Assembly (NCBI GenBank): GCA_031372565.1
Contig: JANMLN010000072.1
Location: 1 to 39,209 of the forward strand
Length of the DNA stretch: 39,209 nucleotides
Source of the DNA: Gemmatimonadota bacterium
GTDB taxonomy: Bacteria; Gemmatimonadota; Gemmatimonadetes; Gemmatimonadales; Gemmatimonadaceae
Reading direction: 5' to 3'
Shown: piece by piece, positions 26,835 through 35,152 of the stretch
Layout of the letters: every line of letters begins with the position of its first letter
Position numbering within the stretch: the first letter of the stretch is position 1
Notes under the pieces: model-generated
Database searches by the model: none
Seen by the model: the letters and a program-made list of their open reading frames with translations, nothing else
What the model was told of the DNA's origin: nothing
Made by a program: the position numbers and the translations under genes

Positions 26835-29654
26835 CTACGGCGAAACCGGCGCGTCGGGGTTGACCCCCTTGCCCTTGAAGTCCCCCGCGCGAACGATGGT
26901 CAGCTTGTCCACGCTCACGTACTTCTTGAAGGCCGCACTCACGTCGGCAGCCGTCACCTTGGCCATCTGCGCCTCGAGGGCGGCATCGTACTGCGAGGTT
27001 CGGCTCAGGTACGCCTGATTGCCCAACGCTCCCACCAGCTCGCCGTCGTTCGCGCGCGACTGCAATCGCTGCTGCAAGACCGCCTGCCGTGCTTTCTCGA
27101 CTTCGTCCGCCGTGAAGCCATCGGCCGTGACCTTGGTGATCTCTTCCCTGAACGCCTGCTCGAGACGCACGACGTTGGTCGGGTTGTAGATCGCGAACGC
27201 GAGCCAGATCGCGGAGCGATCGAGCGAGCGGACCTGCATCTGCGCTCCGACGCCGTAGGACAGGCCATCCTTCTGCCGGATGCGCGTGGCGAGGCGCGAG
27301 TTCAGGAAGCCGCCGCCCACGATGTGCGTCGCCAGCAACATCGCCGGGTAGTCGGGATCATCATCGCGAAGCGCGAGGTTCACCCCTGCCAGGAAGAAGG
27401 CGTTCGCCTTGTCCGGCGTTTCGAGCGTCATCACCGTGTCCTTCACGGCCACGAACGGCGCGACCACGCGCTCGAACGGCACCGCGCTCTTCCAGCCGTT
27501 GTACGACGCGAGCACGGCCCCCTTCACTTCGGCTGGGTCGAAGTCACCGACGACCGCCACCGTCGCCGACGACGCACCGTAGAAGCGCGCGTGGAACGCG
27601 GCGAGGTCCTCGACCTTGACCGCCTTCAGGTCAGCGACCTGTTCATCGACCGTCGCCACGTAGAGCGGCGATCCCTTCGGCACAGGGGTGAGCCGGCGCT
27701 GCAGCGCGCTGATCGCCTGCACCTGAGGTTCCGACCGGCTCGCCTCGAGCTGCGCCACGCTCGACCGCACGAGTTCCTCGAACTCCTTGCCGTCGAACTT
27801 CGGTTGCTTGAGCACCTCCGTGAGGATCGCGAGTGCCGGGAGCAGATTGGGGCGCGTGGTTTCGACGCGCGCGACGGCCTGATTGCCGCTGCCCGAAACG
27901 CTCCACTGCGCCTTGAGCTGGTCGAACGCATCCTTGAGCTGCTGACGCGTGCGCGTCGTGGTCCCGCGCGAGAGCATCGTCGCGGTGAGCTGCGACGTGG
28001 CCGCCTGATTGGTGAGCAGCGCGGCGGTGCCATATCGCAGCGTGATCGTGGCCACGACCGAGCCGCCGCGTGTCCGCTTGGGCAACAGCGTGAGCTTCAC
28101 GCCACCGCTGGTGGTCTCGCGCGCCGTCCGCTTGTCGATGTTGGCGGGCGACGGGTCGAATGCTTCCGCCTCCGCGAGCTTCGCCTGCCCCTTGTAGTCC
28201 TTGACCATCGCGGCGACGTCCCCCGCCTCAGGCACCTCCGTCCGCTCGGGGTTGGCCGTCGGCACGAAGCGCGCCACCGTACGGTTCGACGACTTGAGGT
28301 ACGCTCGCGCGACCCGGTTCACGTCGGCGGCGCTCACCTTCTGCACCCGATCGCGCGTGAGGAAGAACAGGCGCCAATCGCCCGCCGCGATGAACTCGGA
28401 GAGTCCAAGCCCGACCCGTTCCGATGAATTGAGCGTCAGGTCGATCTCCTTGAGCACCGCCGCCTTCGCGCGCTCGACTTCGGCGGCCGTGACCGCGCTG
28501 TCCGTCATGACACGCTGCACCGCCAGATCCATCGCGGCGGTGGCCGAATCGAGCGAGCTCTCGCGTGTGAGGCGCGCAAACAGGACGAACGGGCCCGGTT
28601 CGGCCAGTGCGTTCAGGTCGCCGCCCACACCGGCGGCCAGCTTGGTCGCGACCAGCGCGGTGTGCAAGCGCCCGCCAGGCGACTCGGCCATGATCCGGTT
28701 GAGCAGCTCGACGGCGGGATAATCGGGGTGCGGGCCGGCCGGCACGTGCCAGACCATCATCGCCAGCTGCGTGTCACCCACCCGGCGCAGCGTCACCGTG
28801 CGCTCGCCGTCCTGCACCGGTTCGCGCGTGTACGTCGCGAAGAGCATGTTGCCGCGGTCGAGCGCGCGCACGGGCTTCGGGATGGCACCAAAGAGGCGCT
28901 GCACCTTGGCGAGCGTGGTCGTCGGGTCGAACTTACCGGCGATCGTGAGCACCGCGTTGTCGGGCTGGTAGTACTTGCGATAGAAGGCCTGCAACCGCTC
29001 GATCGGCACCGCTTCGATGTCCGAGCGCGCGCCGATCGTGCTCTTCCCGTAGTTGTGCCACAGGTACGCGGTGGACAGGGCGCGTTCGTAGAGCACGCCG
29101 AACGGGCTGTTCTCGCCGGACTCGAACTCGTTGCGCACCACCGTGTACTCGCTCTCCAGATCCTTCTTGGCGATGGCCGAGTTGATCATGCGATCCGCTT
29201 CGAGATCGAGCGCCCAGTCGATGTTGGCCTCGGTCGCGGGCACGACTTCGAAGTAGTTGGTGCGATCGTACCAGGTCGTGCCGTTCGGGCGGGCGCCGTG
29301 ATCAGTCAGCTCCTGCGGGATGTTCGGGTGCTTCGGCGTACCCTTGAACACCAGATGTTCGAGCAAGTGCGCCATCCCCGTTTCGCCGTAGCCTTCGTGA
29401 CGCGACCCCACGAGGTAGGTGATGTTCACCGTCACGGTCGGCTTGGACGGATCCGGAAAGAGCAGGACGCGCAGGCCATTGGCCAAGCGGTACTCCGTGA
29501 TCCCTTCGACTTCCGTCACCTTCTCGGGCGGTGCGATCGCGGCAGGGGGTGCCGCCTTGGGCGTGCCCTTCCTCGGCGCAGGCTGTGCGATCAGCAACGA
29601 CGGGACGACGAGGAGCATGACGCCTGCACGCTGCAGGCTCGAGAACCGGGACAC
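26835..29654 (-). CDS. Secreted M16 (pitrilysin/PqqL-like) zinc peptidase
   Basis: GGAG SD sequence before GTG at 29654 (alternative ATG at 29618) and a signal peptide. Contains LANGL, the inverted zinc motif HLLEH, NGTTWYDRTNY and RIRQKDGLSYG. Confidence 0.93.
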   Translation of the reverse strand: MSRFSSLQRAGVMLLVVPSLLIAQPAPRKGTPKAAPPAAIAPPEKVTEVEGITEYRLANGLRVLLFPDPSKPTVTVNITYLVGSRHEGYGETGMAHLLEHLVFKGTPKHPNIPQELTDHGARPNGTTWYDRTNYFEVVPATEANIDWALDLEADRMINSAIAKKDLESEYTVVRNEFESGENSPFGVLYERALSTAYLWHNYGKSTIGARSDIEAVPIERLQAFYRKYYQPDNAVLTIAGKFDPTTTLAKVQRLFGAIPKPVRALDRGNMLFATYTREPVQDGERTVTLRRVGDTQLAMMVWHVPAGPHPDYPAVELLNRIMAESPGGRLHTALVATKLAAGVGGDLNALAEPGPFVLFARLTRESSLDSATAAMDLAVQRVMTDSAVTAAEVERAKAAVLKEIDLTLNSSERVGLGLSEFIAAGDWRLFFLTRDRVQKVSAADVNRVARAYLKSSNRTVARFVPTANPERTEVPEAGDVAAMVKDYKGQAKLAEAEAFDPSPANIDKRTARETTSGGVKLTLLPKRTRGGSVVATITLRYGTAALLTNQAATSQLTATMLSRGTTTRTRQQLKDAFDQLKAQWSVSGSGNQAVARVETTRPNLLPALAILTEVLKQPKFDGKEFEELVRSSVAQLEASRSEPQVQAISALQRRLTPVPKGSPLYVATVDEQVADLKAVKVEDLAAFHARFYGASSATVAVVGDFDPAEVKGAVLASYNGWKSAVPFERVVAPFVAVKDTVMTLETPDKANAFFLAGVNLALRDDDPDYPAMLLATHIVGGGFLNSRLATRIRQKDGLSYGVGAQMQVRSLDRSAIWLAFAIYNPTNVVRLEQAFREEITKVTADGFTADEVEKARQAVLQQRLQSRANDGELVGALGNQAYLSRTSQYDAALEAQMAKVTAADVSAAFKKYVSVDKLTIVRAGDFKGKGVNPDAPVSP

Positions 29655-29706
29655 GGGGTCGACTCCGAATGAGGGTGAACGCGCGCGCGACGCGGCGCGC
29701 CGAACG

Positions 29707-30978
29707 CTATGCAGCGACGGGCGCTGCCTGCAACGCACCAGGTGCCGCGGGCGCATCGGGCAGCACCGGCGCACCGCGCCAGAGCTCCCACTGCATCGCC
29801 GCCCACGCCAGCATGCACGGCACCGTCTTGAGCCGGTAGCGAGCGAAGAGTTCGGCGCGGAGCTGGCCCGGCACGATGTCGCTGTAGGCAATGGACACGA
29901 TCAGGACCGTGATGACAAGGCACGCGGTCTGCCACCGCGTGCGCGCCGAGCTGGCCCACCAGATCGTGACGCCCAGCATCGCGATCACGAACGAGGGCGA
30001 TTCCGACTGGTGGTTGAAGATCACGACATACACCAGCAGCGAGCAGAGAAAGACGCGTCGGAACGCCGCATCGCCCCGATCACGCCACCGGAGCGCAATC
30101 GGCAGGAGCAGCAGCAGCGTGCCGGCCAACTGGACCGGCCAGTTCGGAATGGGCGCGCCAGTCCAGAAGCGCAACTGCTGCATCACGCCGCCGTAGAGTC
30201 CCGCGCCATCCACCTTCTCCGCGCACTGCAAGCAGTCGTACTGCAGTTCCGCGGCGTCCTGCGCCTCGGTCGCGCGCCAGCTCGCGTACTGTTCCGCCAG
30301 CCGCGCCGGGCTGGTGACGGTCAGCGGCAGCACGGCGAGTCCCGCCGTCACGGCAACAAAGATGAGTGCGAAGCGCACGACCCGCCGCTCCCACAGCGCA
30401 AAGGCCAGCGCCGCCAGCGGAAAGATCTTCACGAACGCGCCCGTGGCGATCGCCAGCGCCGCCGGCCAGAGCGTGCCACGCTCGAACGCGACAAACGCGA
30501 GGATGATGAGCGCGGCACACAACGCGTTCGACTGGGCCCGCTGCAGACAGGTCAGCACTTCGACGAAGGCCAACCCGAGCGCCCACACGGCCTGGCGCGG
30601 CGGCAGCAACCGCGTGACCGCATACCAGACCGCCACCGCGCTGGTCGCATTCCAGAGCGTCAGCCCGATGGCAAACGGCCACGGCGCGAACGGCGCGAAC
30701 AGGAGCGCAAACGTCGGCGCGTACTTGAACTGGTCGTCGTGCTGCCCGGGATAGAAGGCGTAGAGGTCCTGCCCCAGTCGCAGATGTTCGAACGCCCAGC
30801 GGAAGATCGCGAAGTTGTTCTCGGTGCCAAGGACGCCGCGCTGCACCGTGGCCACCGCCACCGCCACGAGGTACAGCGCCAGCATCCACCACACGCCCCT
30901 CTCCTCCTGAGCGGAGCGAACTCCGCTGTCGTCCTGAGCGAAGCGAAGGACCTGCTTCTCCTCCTCCCCCTCCCTCAC
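29707..30978 (-). CDS. GT87/DUF2029-like membrane glycosyltransferase (GT-C fold)
   Basis: Polytopic membrane protein with NNFAIF, DQFKYAPTFA, AQSN, VKIFP and HQSESP. The GTG at 30978 overlaps the upstream TGA. Alternative ATG at 30885. Confidence 0.8.
   Translation of the reverse strand: MREGEEEKQVLRFAQDDSGVRSAQEERGVWWMLALYLVAVAVATVQRGVLGTENNFAIFRWAFEHLRLGQDLYAFYPGQHDDQFKYAPTFALLFAPFAPWPFAIGLTLWNATSAVAVWYAVTRLLPPRQAVWALGLAFVEVLTCLQRAQSNALCAALIILAFVAFERGTLWPAALAIATGAFVKIFPLAALAFALWERRVVRFALIFVAVTAGLAVLPLTVTSPARLAEQYASWRATEAQDAAELQYDCLQCAEKVDGAGLYGGVMQQLRFWTGAPIPNWPVQLAGTLLLLLPIALRWRDRGDAAFRRVFLCSLLVYVVIFNHQSESPSFVIAMLGVTIWWASSARTRWQTACLVITVLIVSIAYSDIVPGQLRAELFARYRLKTVPCMLAWAAMQWELWRGAPVLPDAPAAPGALQAAPVAA
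30928..30959 (+). repeat. REP-like hairpin repeat, copy 1 (a partial extra copy lies at 30905-30920)
   Basis: GTCGTCCTGAGCGAAGCGAAGGACCTGCTTCT, nearly identical to 31587-31618 and 39106-39137. Confidence 0.9.
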
Positions 30979-31631
30979 GCCCGCTCCAACGCGGCCACAC
31001 CCCCCGCCATCGCCTCCGTCACCCAGCAGTGCTGCCCCAGCGACACCCACCCCGCCGTCCGCATCTCGCGCCGATACCACGCCGCCGGCCGCGCCGTCCC
31101 GATCGGCAGGTCGCCCTCCAACTCGTCTTCACGCGCAAACAGCTCCAGATACGCCATCCCCGCCGTCTTGTCCGCCAACAGGCGCACGCCGCGCCGGAAC
31201 TGCGCTGCCGTGAGGTAGTACAGCATCCCCACGCAGCACACGAGATCGTACCCGTCCGCGAGCGCCAGCGCATCGAGCTGCTCGATCGAGCCCAGCTGCA
31301 CGTTGCGCCGCTTCCCGAACGCGCGCACCGCATGCTCGCTCGGATCCACGCCCGTGTAGCGAATCGTCGGACGCAGCGCGCGGAGCACCGGCTGCCAGTG
31401 TCCCTCGCCCGCCCCCGCGTCGAGCACCGTCCGCACGGGCCGCTCGAGCACCTGTTCGGCCGCGGCCAGCGCGACCCGCACCTGACGCGTCCGCTCCGCT
31501 GCCGTCCGCACGCGGTGCGTCGGATCGCGATACCACTTGTCGAAGTACGCACGATCAAAGGTGGCTGCCGAGCGCGCCCCCCCACTGTCATCCTGAGCGG
31601 AGCGAAGGATCTGCTTCTGCTTTTCGCTCAC
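30975..31631 (-). CDS. Class I SAM-dependent methyltransferase
   Basis: Contains VLDAGAGEG, YTGVDPSEHA and YDLVCCVGMLYY. The GTG at 31631 overlaps the GH109 stop. Confidence 0.88.
   Translation of the reverse strand: MSEKQKQILRSAQDDSGGARSAATFDRAYFDKWYRDPTHRVRTAAERTRQVRVALAAAEQVLERPVRTVLDAGAGEGHWQPVLRALRPTIRYTGVDPSEHAVRAFGKRRNVQLGSIEQLDALALADGYDLVCCVGMLYYLTAAQFRRGVRLLADKTAGMAYLELFAREDELEGDLPIGTARPAAWYRREMRTAGWVSLGQHCWVTEAMAGGVAALERA
31587..31618 (+). repeat. REP-like hairpin repeat, copy 2
   Basis: GTCATCCTGAGCGGAGCGAAGGATCTGCTTCT. Confidence 0.9.
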
Positions 31632-33013
31632 GCTTCCACGATCGGCCACGCCGGCGTCGTCTTCCACTTCCCCTTCGTGTAGTCGGGAATGTCCACCGGC
31701 TTGCTGCGGCCGCCCACCGACTGCTCCGTCGCCCAGGTGAGCGCCGAGATGGCCGCAAGGTCATACACGGTCATGTCGGTCGGCGCGCCCGTTCGCAGGC
31801 ACTGGATCAGGCGATAATCCTCGAGGAAATCCATCCCGCCGTGCCCGGTGCGCACCTGCTGGATCTTCTCCGACCTCCAGAGCGGATGCTCGTACTGGTC
31901 GCGCCATTCCTTCGTGTCGTCCCACGCGTGCGCGCGCTTGGAGCGCCCCTCCACATACACACGATCGGGGTACCCCATGAAGATCCCCTTCGAGCCCTGC
32001 ACCAGATTCACACGACTGTACGGACGCGGCAGGTTCACGTCGTGGGTCACCACGATCGTCTTGCCGTTCGCCGTCTTGATGAGCGCGATGTTCACGTCCC
32101 CCTGCACATACGCCTCGGCCGCGCGCGGGTCGGCGGCCGTCAGATGCTCGCGCTGCCAGTCCTTGAGCCCGCGCGCCGGCCCGCTCATCGACACCACATA
32201 GTCGAACCGGTCGCCGCGATTGATGTCGAGGCAGTTCGCGACGGGCCCCAACCCGTGCGTGGGGTACTGATTGCCGTTCCGCGTCATCTGGTGCGCGCGC
32301 CGCCACAGCCCCTCGCCATCATCGTGCTGCACCGAGCGGAGATCGTGCAGGTACGCGCCCTCGGCGTGCAGCACATCGCCCAGCACCCCTTGGCGCACCA
32401 GGTTGAGCACCAGCAACTCCGAGCGGCCATAGTTGCAGTTCTCCATCATCACGCAGTGCTTCTGCGTCTTCTCGGCGGTCTCCACCAGCTGCCAGCACCC
32501 GTCGGGGGTGTACGCGGCCGGCACTTCCGTGGCGGCATGCTTGCCGTTGGTCATCGCGGCCACGCACACCGGCACGTGCCACTCCCACGGCGTGGCCGTG
32601 AGCACGAGGTCCAGCCGTTCCTGGGCGCACAACCGCTCGAAGTCGCGCGGCCCGCGCGTGTACAACGTCGGCTTCTTGCGCCCGGCCGTCACGCACATCT
32701 GTGCCGCACGCTCGGCGTGCGCGACATTTATGTCGCAAATAGCGACTATTTCAACGCCGGGCACGTTCAGCAGGATGTCCACGTGCGACGTCCCCTGCCC
32801 GCCGACGCCCACGATCCCCATGCGCACCACGTCCATCGGAGGCGCGGCGAACGGGGCGGTCGCCCCACCGGCAGGCTGCACGAGCGGCGCACCCGGCGCG
32901 GTGCCGGCCACCGGGAAGCCGAACCGGGTCAGGCCCAGCCCGACCCCCGCGGCCGCGCCTGTACGCAGGAAGTCGCGACGCGTTGCGTCGCGCGAGAACG
33001 GATCGGTCGGCAT
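31628..33013 (-). CDS. Tat-exported Gfo/Idh/MocA-fold protein, GH109 (alpha-N-acetylgalactosaminidase-like)
   Basis: Tat motif TRRDFL and Rossmann GIVGVGGQG. Also ATPWEWH, EVPAA, MMENCNY, YLHDL, YPTHGLGP, PRPYSR and the GH109 hallmark GHGGMD. Confidence 0.92.
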   Translation of the reverse strand: MPTDPFSRDATRRDFLRTGAAAGVGLGLTRFGFPVAGTAPGAPLVQPAGGATAPFAAPPMDVVRMGIVGVGGQGTSHVDILLNVPGVEIVAICDINVAHAERAAQMCVTAGRKKPTLYTRGPRDFERLCAQERLDLVLTATPWEWHVPVCVAAMTNGKHAATEVPAAYTPDGCWQLVETAEKTQKHCVMMENCNYGRSELLVLNLVRQGVLGDVLHAEGAYLHDLRSVQHDDGEGLWRRAHQMTRNGNQYPTHGLGPVANCLDINRGDRFDYVVSMSGPARGLKDWQREHLTAADPRAAEAYVQGDVNIALIKTANGKTIVVTHDVNLPRPYSRVNLVQGSKGIFMGYPDRVYVEGRSKRAHAWDDTKEWRDQYEHPLWRSEKIQQVRTGHGGMDFLEDYRLIQCLRTGAPTDMTVYDLAAISALTWATEQSVGGRSKPVDIPDYTKGKWKTTPAWPIVEA

Positions 33014-33102
33014 CAGGACTCCCGGCGGCTGGCTCAGAGGGAACGAACAGGGCTAAGATAGGGCGCATCCCCGCGCGTCACCACACGCCGACACCCCGCC
33101 CC

Positions 33103-34014
33103 GTGCCTTCCACGACCCTCGTCCTCCTCGCTGCCGGCCTCGGCAGCCGCTATGGCGGCCCCAAGCAGCTCGATCCGCTCGGGCCCGACGGTAGTACGCT
33201 CATGGATTATGCGGCCTTCGACGCCGTGCGTGCCGGCTTCACGGAGCTGGTCGTGATCACGCGCCGCTCGCTGCGGCCGCAGGTCGAGACGGGGCTGCTG
33301 GCGCGCGCTGGAGGCGCGTTGCGCATCGCGATCGTGGAGCAGGAGCTTGATCGGATCCCCTCGTGGGCCTCCGTGCCCGCCGGACGGGAATCGCCCTGGG
33401 GCACGGCGCACGCGGTCCTCGTGGCGCGCGAGGCCGTCTCCACCCCGTTTGCCGTCGTGAACGCCGACGACTTTTATGGCGCCGAGACCTATCGCGTGCT
33501 CGCGGGTGCGCTGCGCGACGCGGCCGTCGCGCCGGACATCGCGCCGTGGGCCAATGTCGCCTTCACGCTGGGCTCCGCCATGAGCCTGCATGGTGCGGTC
33601 AATCGCGCGCTCTGCGACACCATCGGCGATGGCTTCCTGACCAAGGTCATCGAGCAGCGCGGCATCGTCCGCAATGCAGATGGCAACGGCGTCATCACCG
33701 ACGCAGCCGGGCACACGTCCGTCCTCCCCGGCGATACGCTCGTGTCGATGAACTGCTGGGCGTTCACGCCGGTGCTGTTCGACATGCTCGACGCGGCGTT
33801 CACGGCCTTCTTGCGGACCGGGCCCGGCCTCAAGGACGAGTGCCTCCTGCCCGATGTCGTCAACGACGCACTGGCCACCGAGCGCGCGCGCTGTCGGCTG
33901 CTCTCGACCACGGCCACCTGGTGCGGGGTCACGCACAAGGAAGACCGCCCGGCCACCGTCGCCTCGCTGGCGGCGCTGCATGCGGCTGGCGAGTACCCCG
34001 CTCGCCTCTGGTGA
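33103..34014 (+). CDS. Sugar-1-phosphate nucleotidyltransferase (NTP_transferase)
   Basis: Contains LAAGLGSRYGGPKQ, PWGTAHA, VNADDFYG, VSMNCW and WCGVT. Confidence 0.9.
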   Translation: MPSTTLVLLAAGLGSRYGGPKQLDPLGPDGSTLMDYAAFDAVRAGFTELVVITRRSLRPQVETGLLARAGGALRIAIVEQELDRIPSWASVPAGRESPWGTAHAVLVAREAVSTPFAVVNADDFYGAETYRVLAGALRDAAVAPDIAPWANVAFTLGSAMSLHGAVNRALCDTIGDGFLTKVIEQRGIVRNADGNGVITDAAGHTSVLPGDTLVSMNCWAFTPVLFDMLDAAFTAFLRTGPGLKDECLLPDVVNDALATERARCRLLSTTATWCGVTHKEDRPATVASLAALHAAGEYPARLW

Positions 34015-35129
34015 CGAGCGGCGCCCAGTGGCCCGAGGGCGATGCGGGGAGCGGCCTGCGCTTCGCCGCGGCTCGCTTCATGGGCGCGCCCGCCACGGCC
34101 ACCCCCGATGCGCAACCCCTGCGCGGTGGCCATATCCACGGCTCGTGGGTGGTGCGCGGGTGGAGTGCCCCCGTGGTCCTGCAATCGCTCAACCGGCACG
34201 TCTTTCCCGATCTCGACGCGATCGCGCACAACGTCCGCCTGGTGTCCGAGGCGCTGCACCGCGCCATGGAGCGCGATCCCGCGCGTGAGCGTCGGCGGCG
34301 GCTCCTGGTGCCCATCGCCTCCGACAGCGGCCGCCTGATCGAGCATGACCCGGCGGGCGGTGCCTGGCGCGCCTACCAGTTCATCGACGGTTCGCACGGT
34401 GTCACGATCGCCGACCGGCCCTCACAGGCGGCGCAGGCCGCGCGGGCCTTCGGCTGGTTCTTCCGCGATCTGGCCGATCTCGATGCGCGCGGACTGCGCG
34501 ACACGATCCCGCACTTTCACGATACGCCGCGGCGCGTGGCCGCGCTCGACGCCGCCATCAGCACCGATCGGGCCGCGCGCGCCTCCGATGCCGCGCCCGA
34601 CATCGCCTTTGCGCGCGACCGTCACGCGCTCGGCGCGCGACTCATGGGAGCGCTGCACGCGGGTCGGTTGCCGCTCCGCGTGACGCACAACGACGCCAAG
34701 ATCGCCAATGTCCTCTTCGACGATGCCACGGGCGACGCCCTCTGCGTGGTGGATCTCGACACCGTCATGCCGGGTCTCGTGGCCTGGGATGTCGGCGACC
34801 TCGTGCGCTCCATGGCCGGCGACCGCGCCGAGGATGATCCGCGCCCCGTCACGCTGCGCTGGCCGGTGATCGAGGCGCTCCTGCACGCGTGGATCGAGGC
34901 GGCCGGCCCTGCGCTCACGGCGGCGGAGCGGGACTCGTTGATCGACGGCGCGCTCGTGATCACCTACGAGCAGGGGGTCCGCTTCCTCACCGATCATTTA
35001 GAAGCAGATCGCTACTATAAAACGGTACGCCCCGGACAGAACCTCGACCGCGCGCGCGCCCAGTTCGCCTTGCTGGCCGCGCTCGAGGCCGACGAAGACC
35101 GGTTGCGCCGCCTCGTCGCCTCCGCGTAA
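34011..35129 (+). CDS. APH-fold sugar kinase (N-acetylhexosamine 1-kinase-like)
   Basis: GTGA overlap. Contains GGHIH, LQSLNRHVF, TIPHFHDT, THNDAKIAN, VDLDTVMPG, DVGD, RFLTDHLEADRYYK and QNLDRARAQF. Alternative ATG at 34080. Confidence 0.85.
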   Translation: MTSGAQWPEGDAGSGLRFAAARFMGAPATATPDAQPLRGGHIHGSWVVRGWSAPVVLQSLNRHVFPDLDAIAHNVRLVSEALHRAMERDPARERRRRLLVPIASDSGRLIEHDPAGGAWRAYQFIDGSHGVTIADRPSQAAQAARAFGWFFRDLADLDARGLRDTIPHFHDTPRRVAALDAAISTDRAARASDAAPDIAFARDRHALGARLMGALHAGRLPLRVTHNDAKIANVLFDDATGDALCVVDLDTVMPGLVAWDVGDLVRSMAGDRAEDDPRPVTLRWPVIEALLHAWIEAAGPALTAAERDSLIDGALVITYEQGVRFLTDHLEADRYYKTVRPGQNLDRARAQFALLAALEADEDRLRRLVASA

Positions 35130-35152
35130 CAGCGCGGCTTGGGCCTGCGCCG

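Noticed and set aside
32715..32755. Island B as a dif (XerCD) site
   Set aside because: TTATGTCGCAAAT only loosely resembles the XerD arm, and the 11-6-11 layout with a XerC arm is absent.
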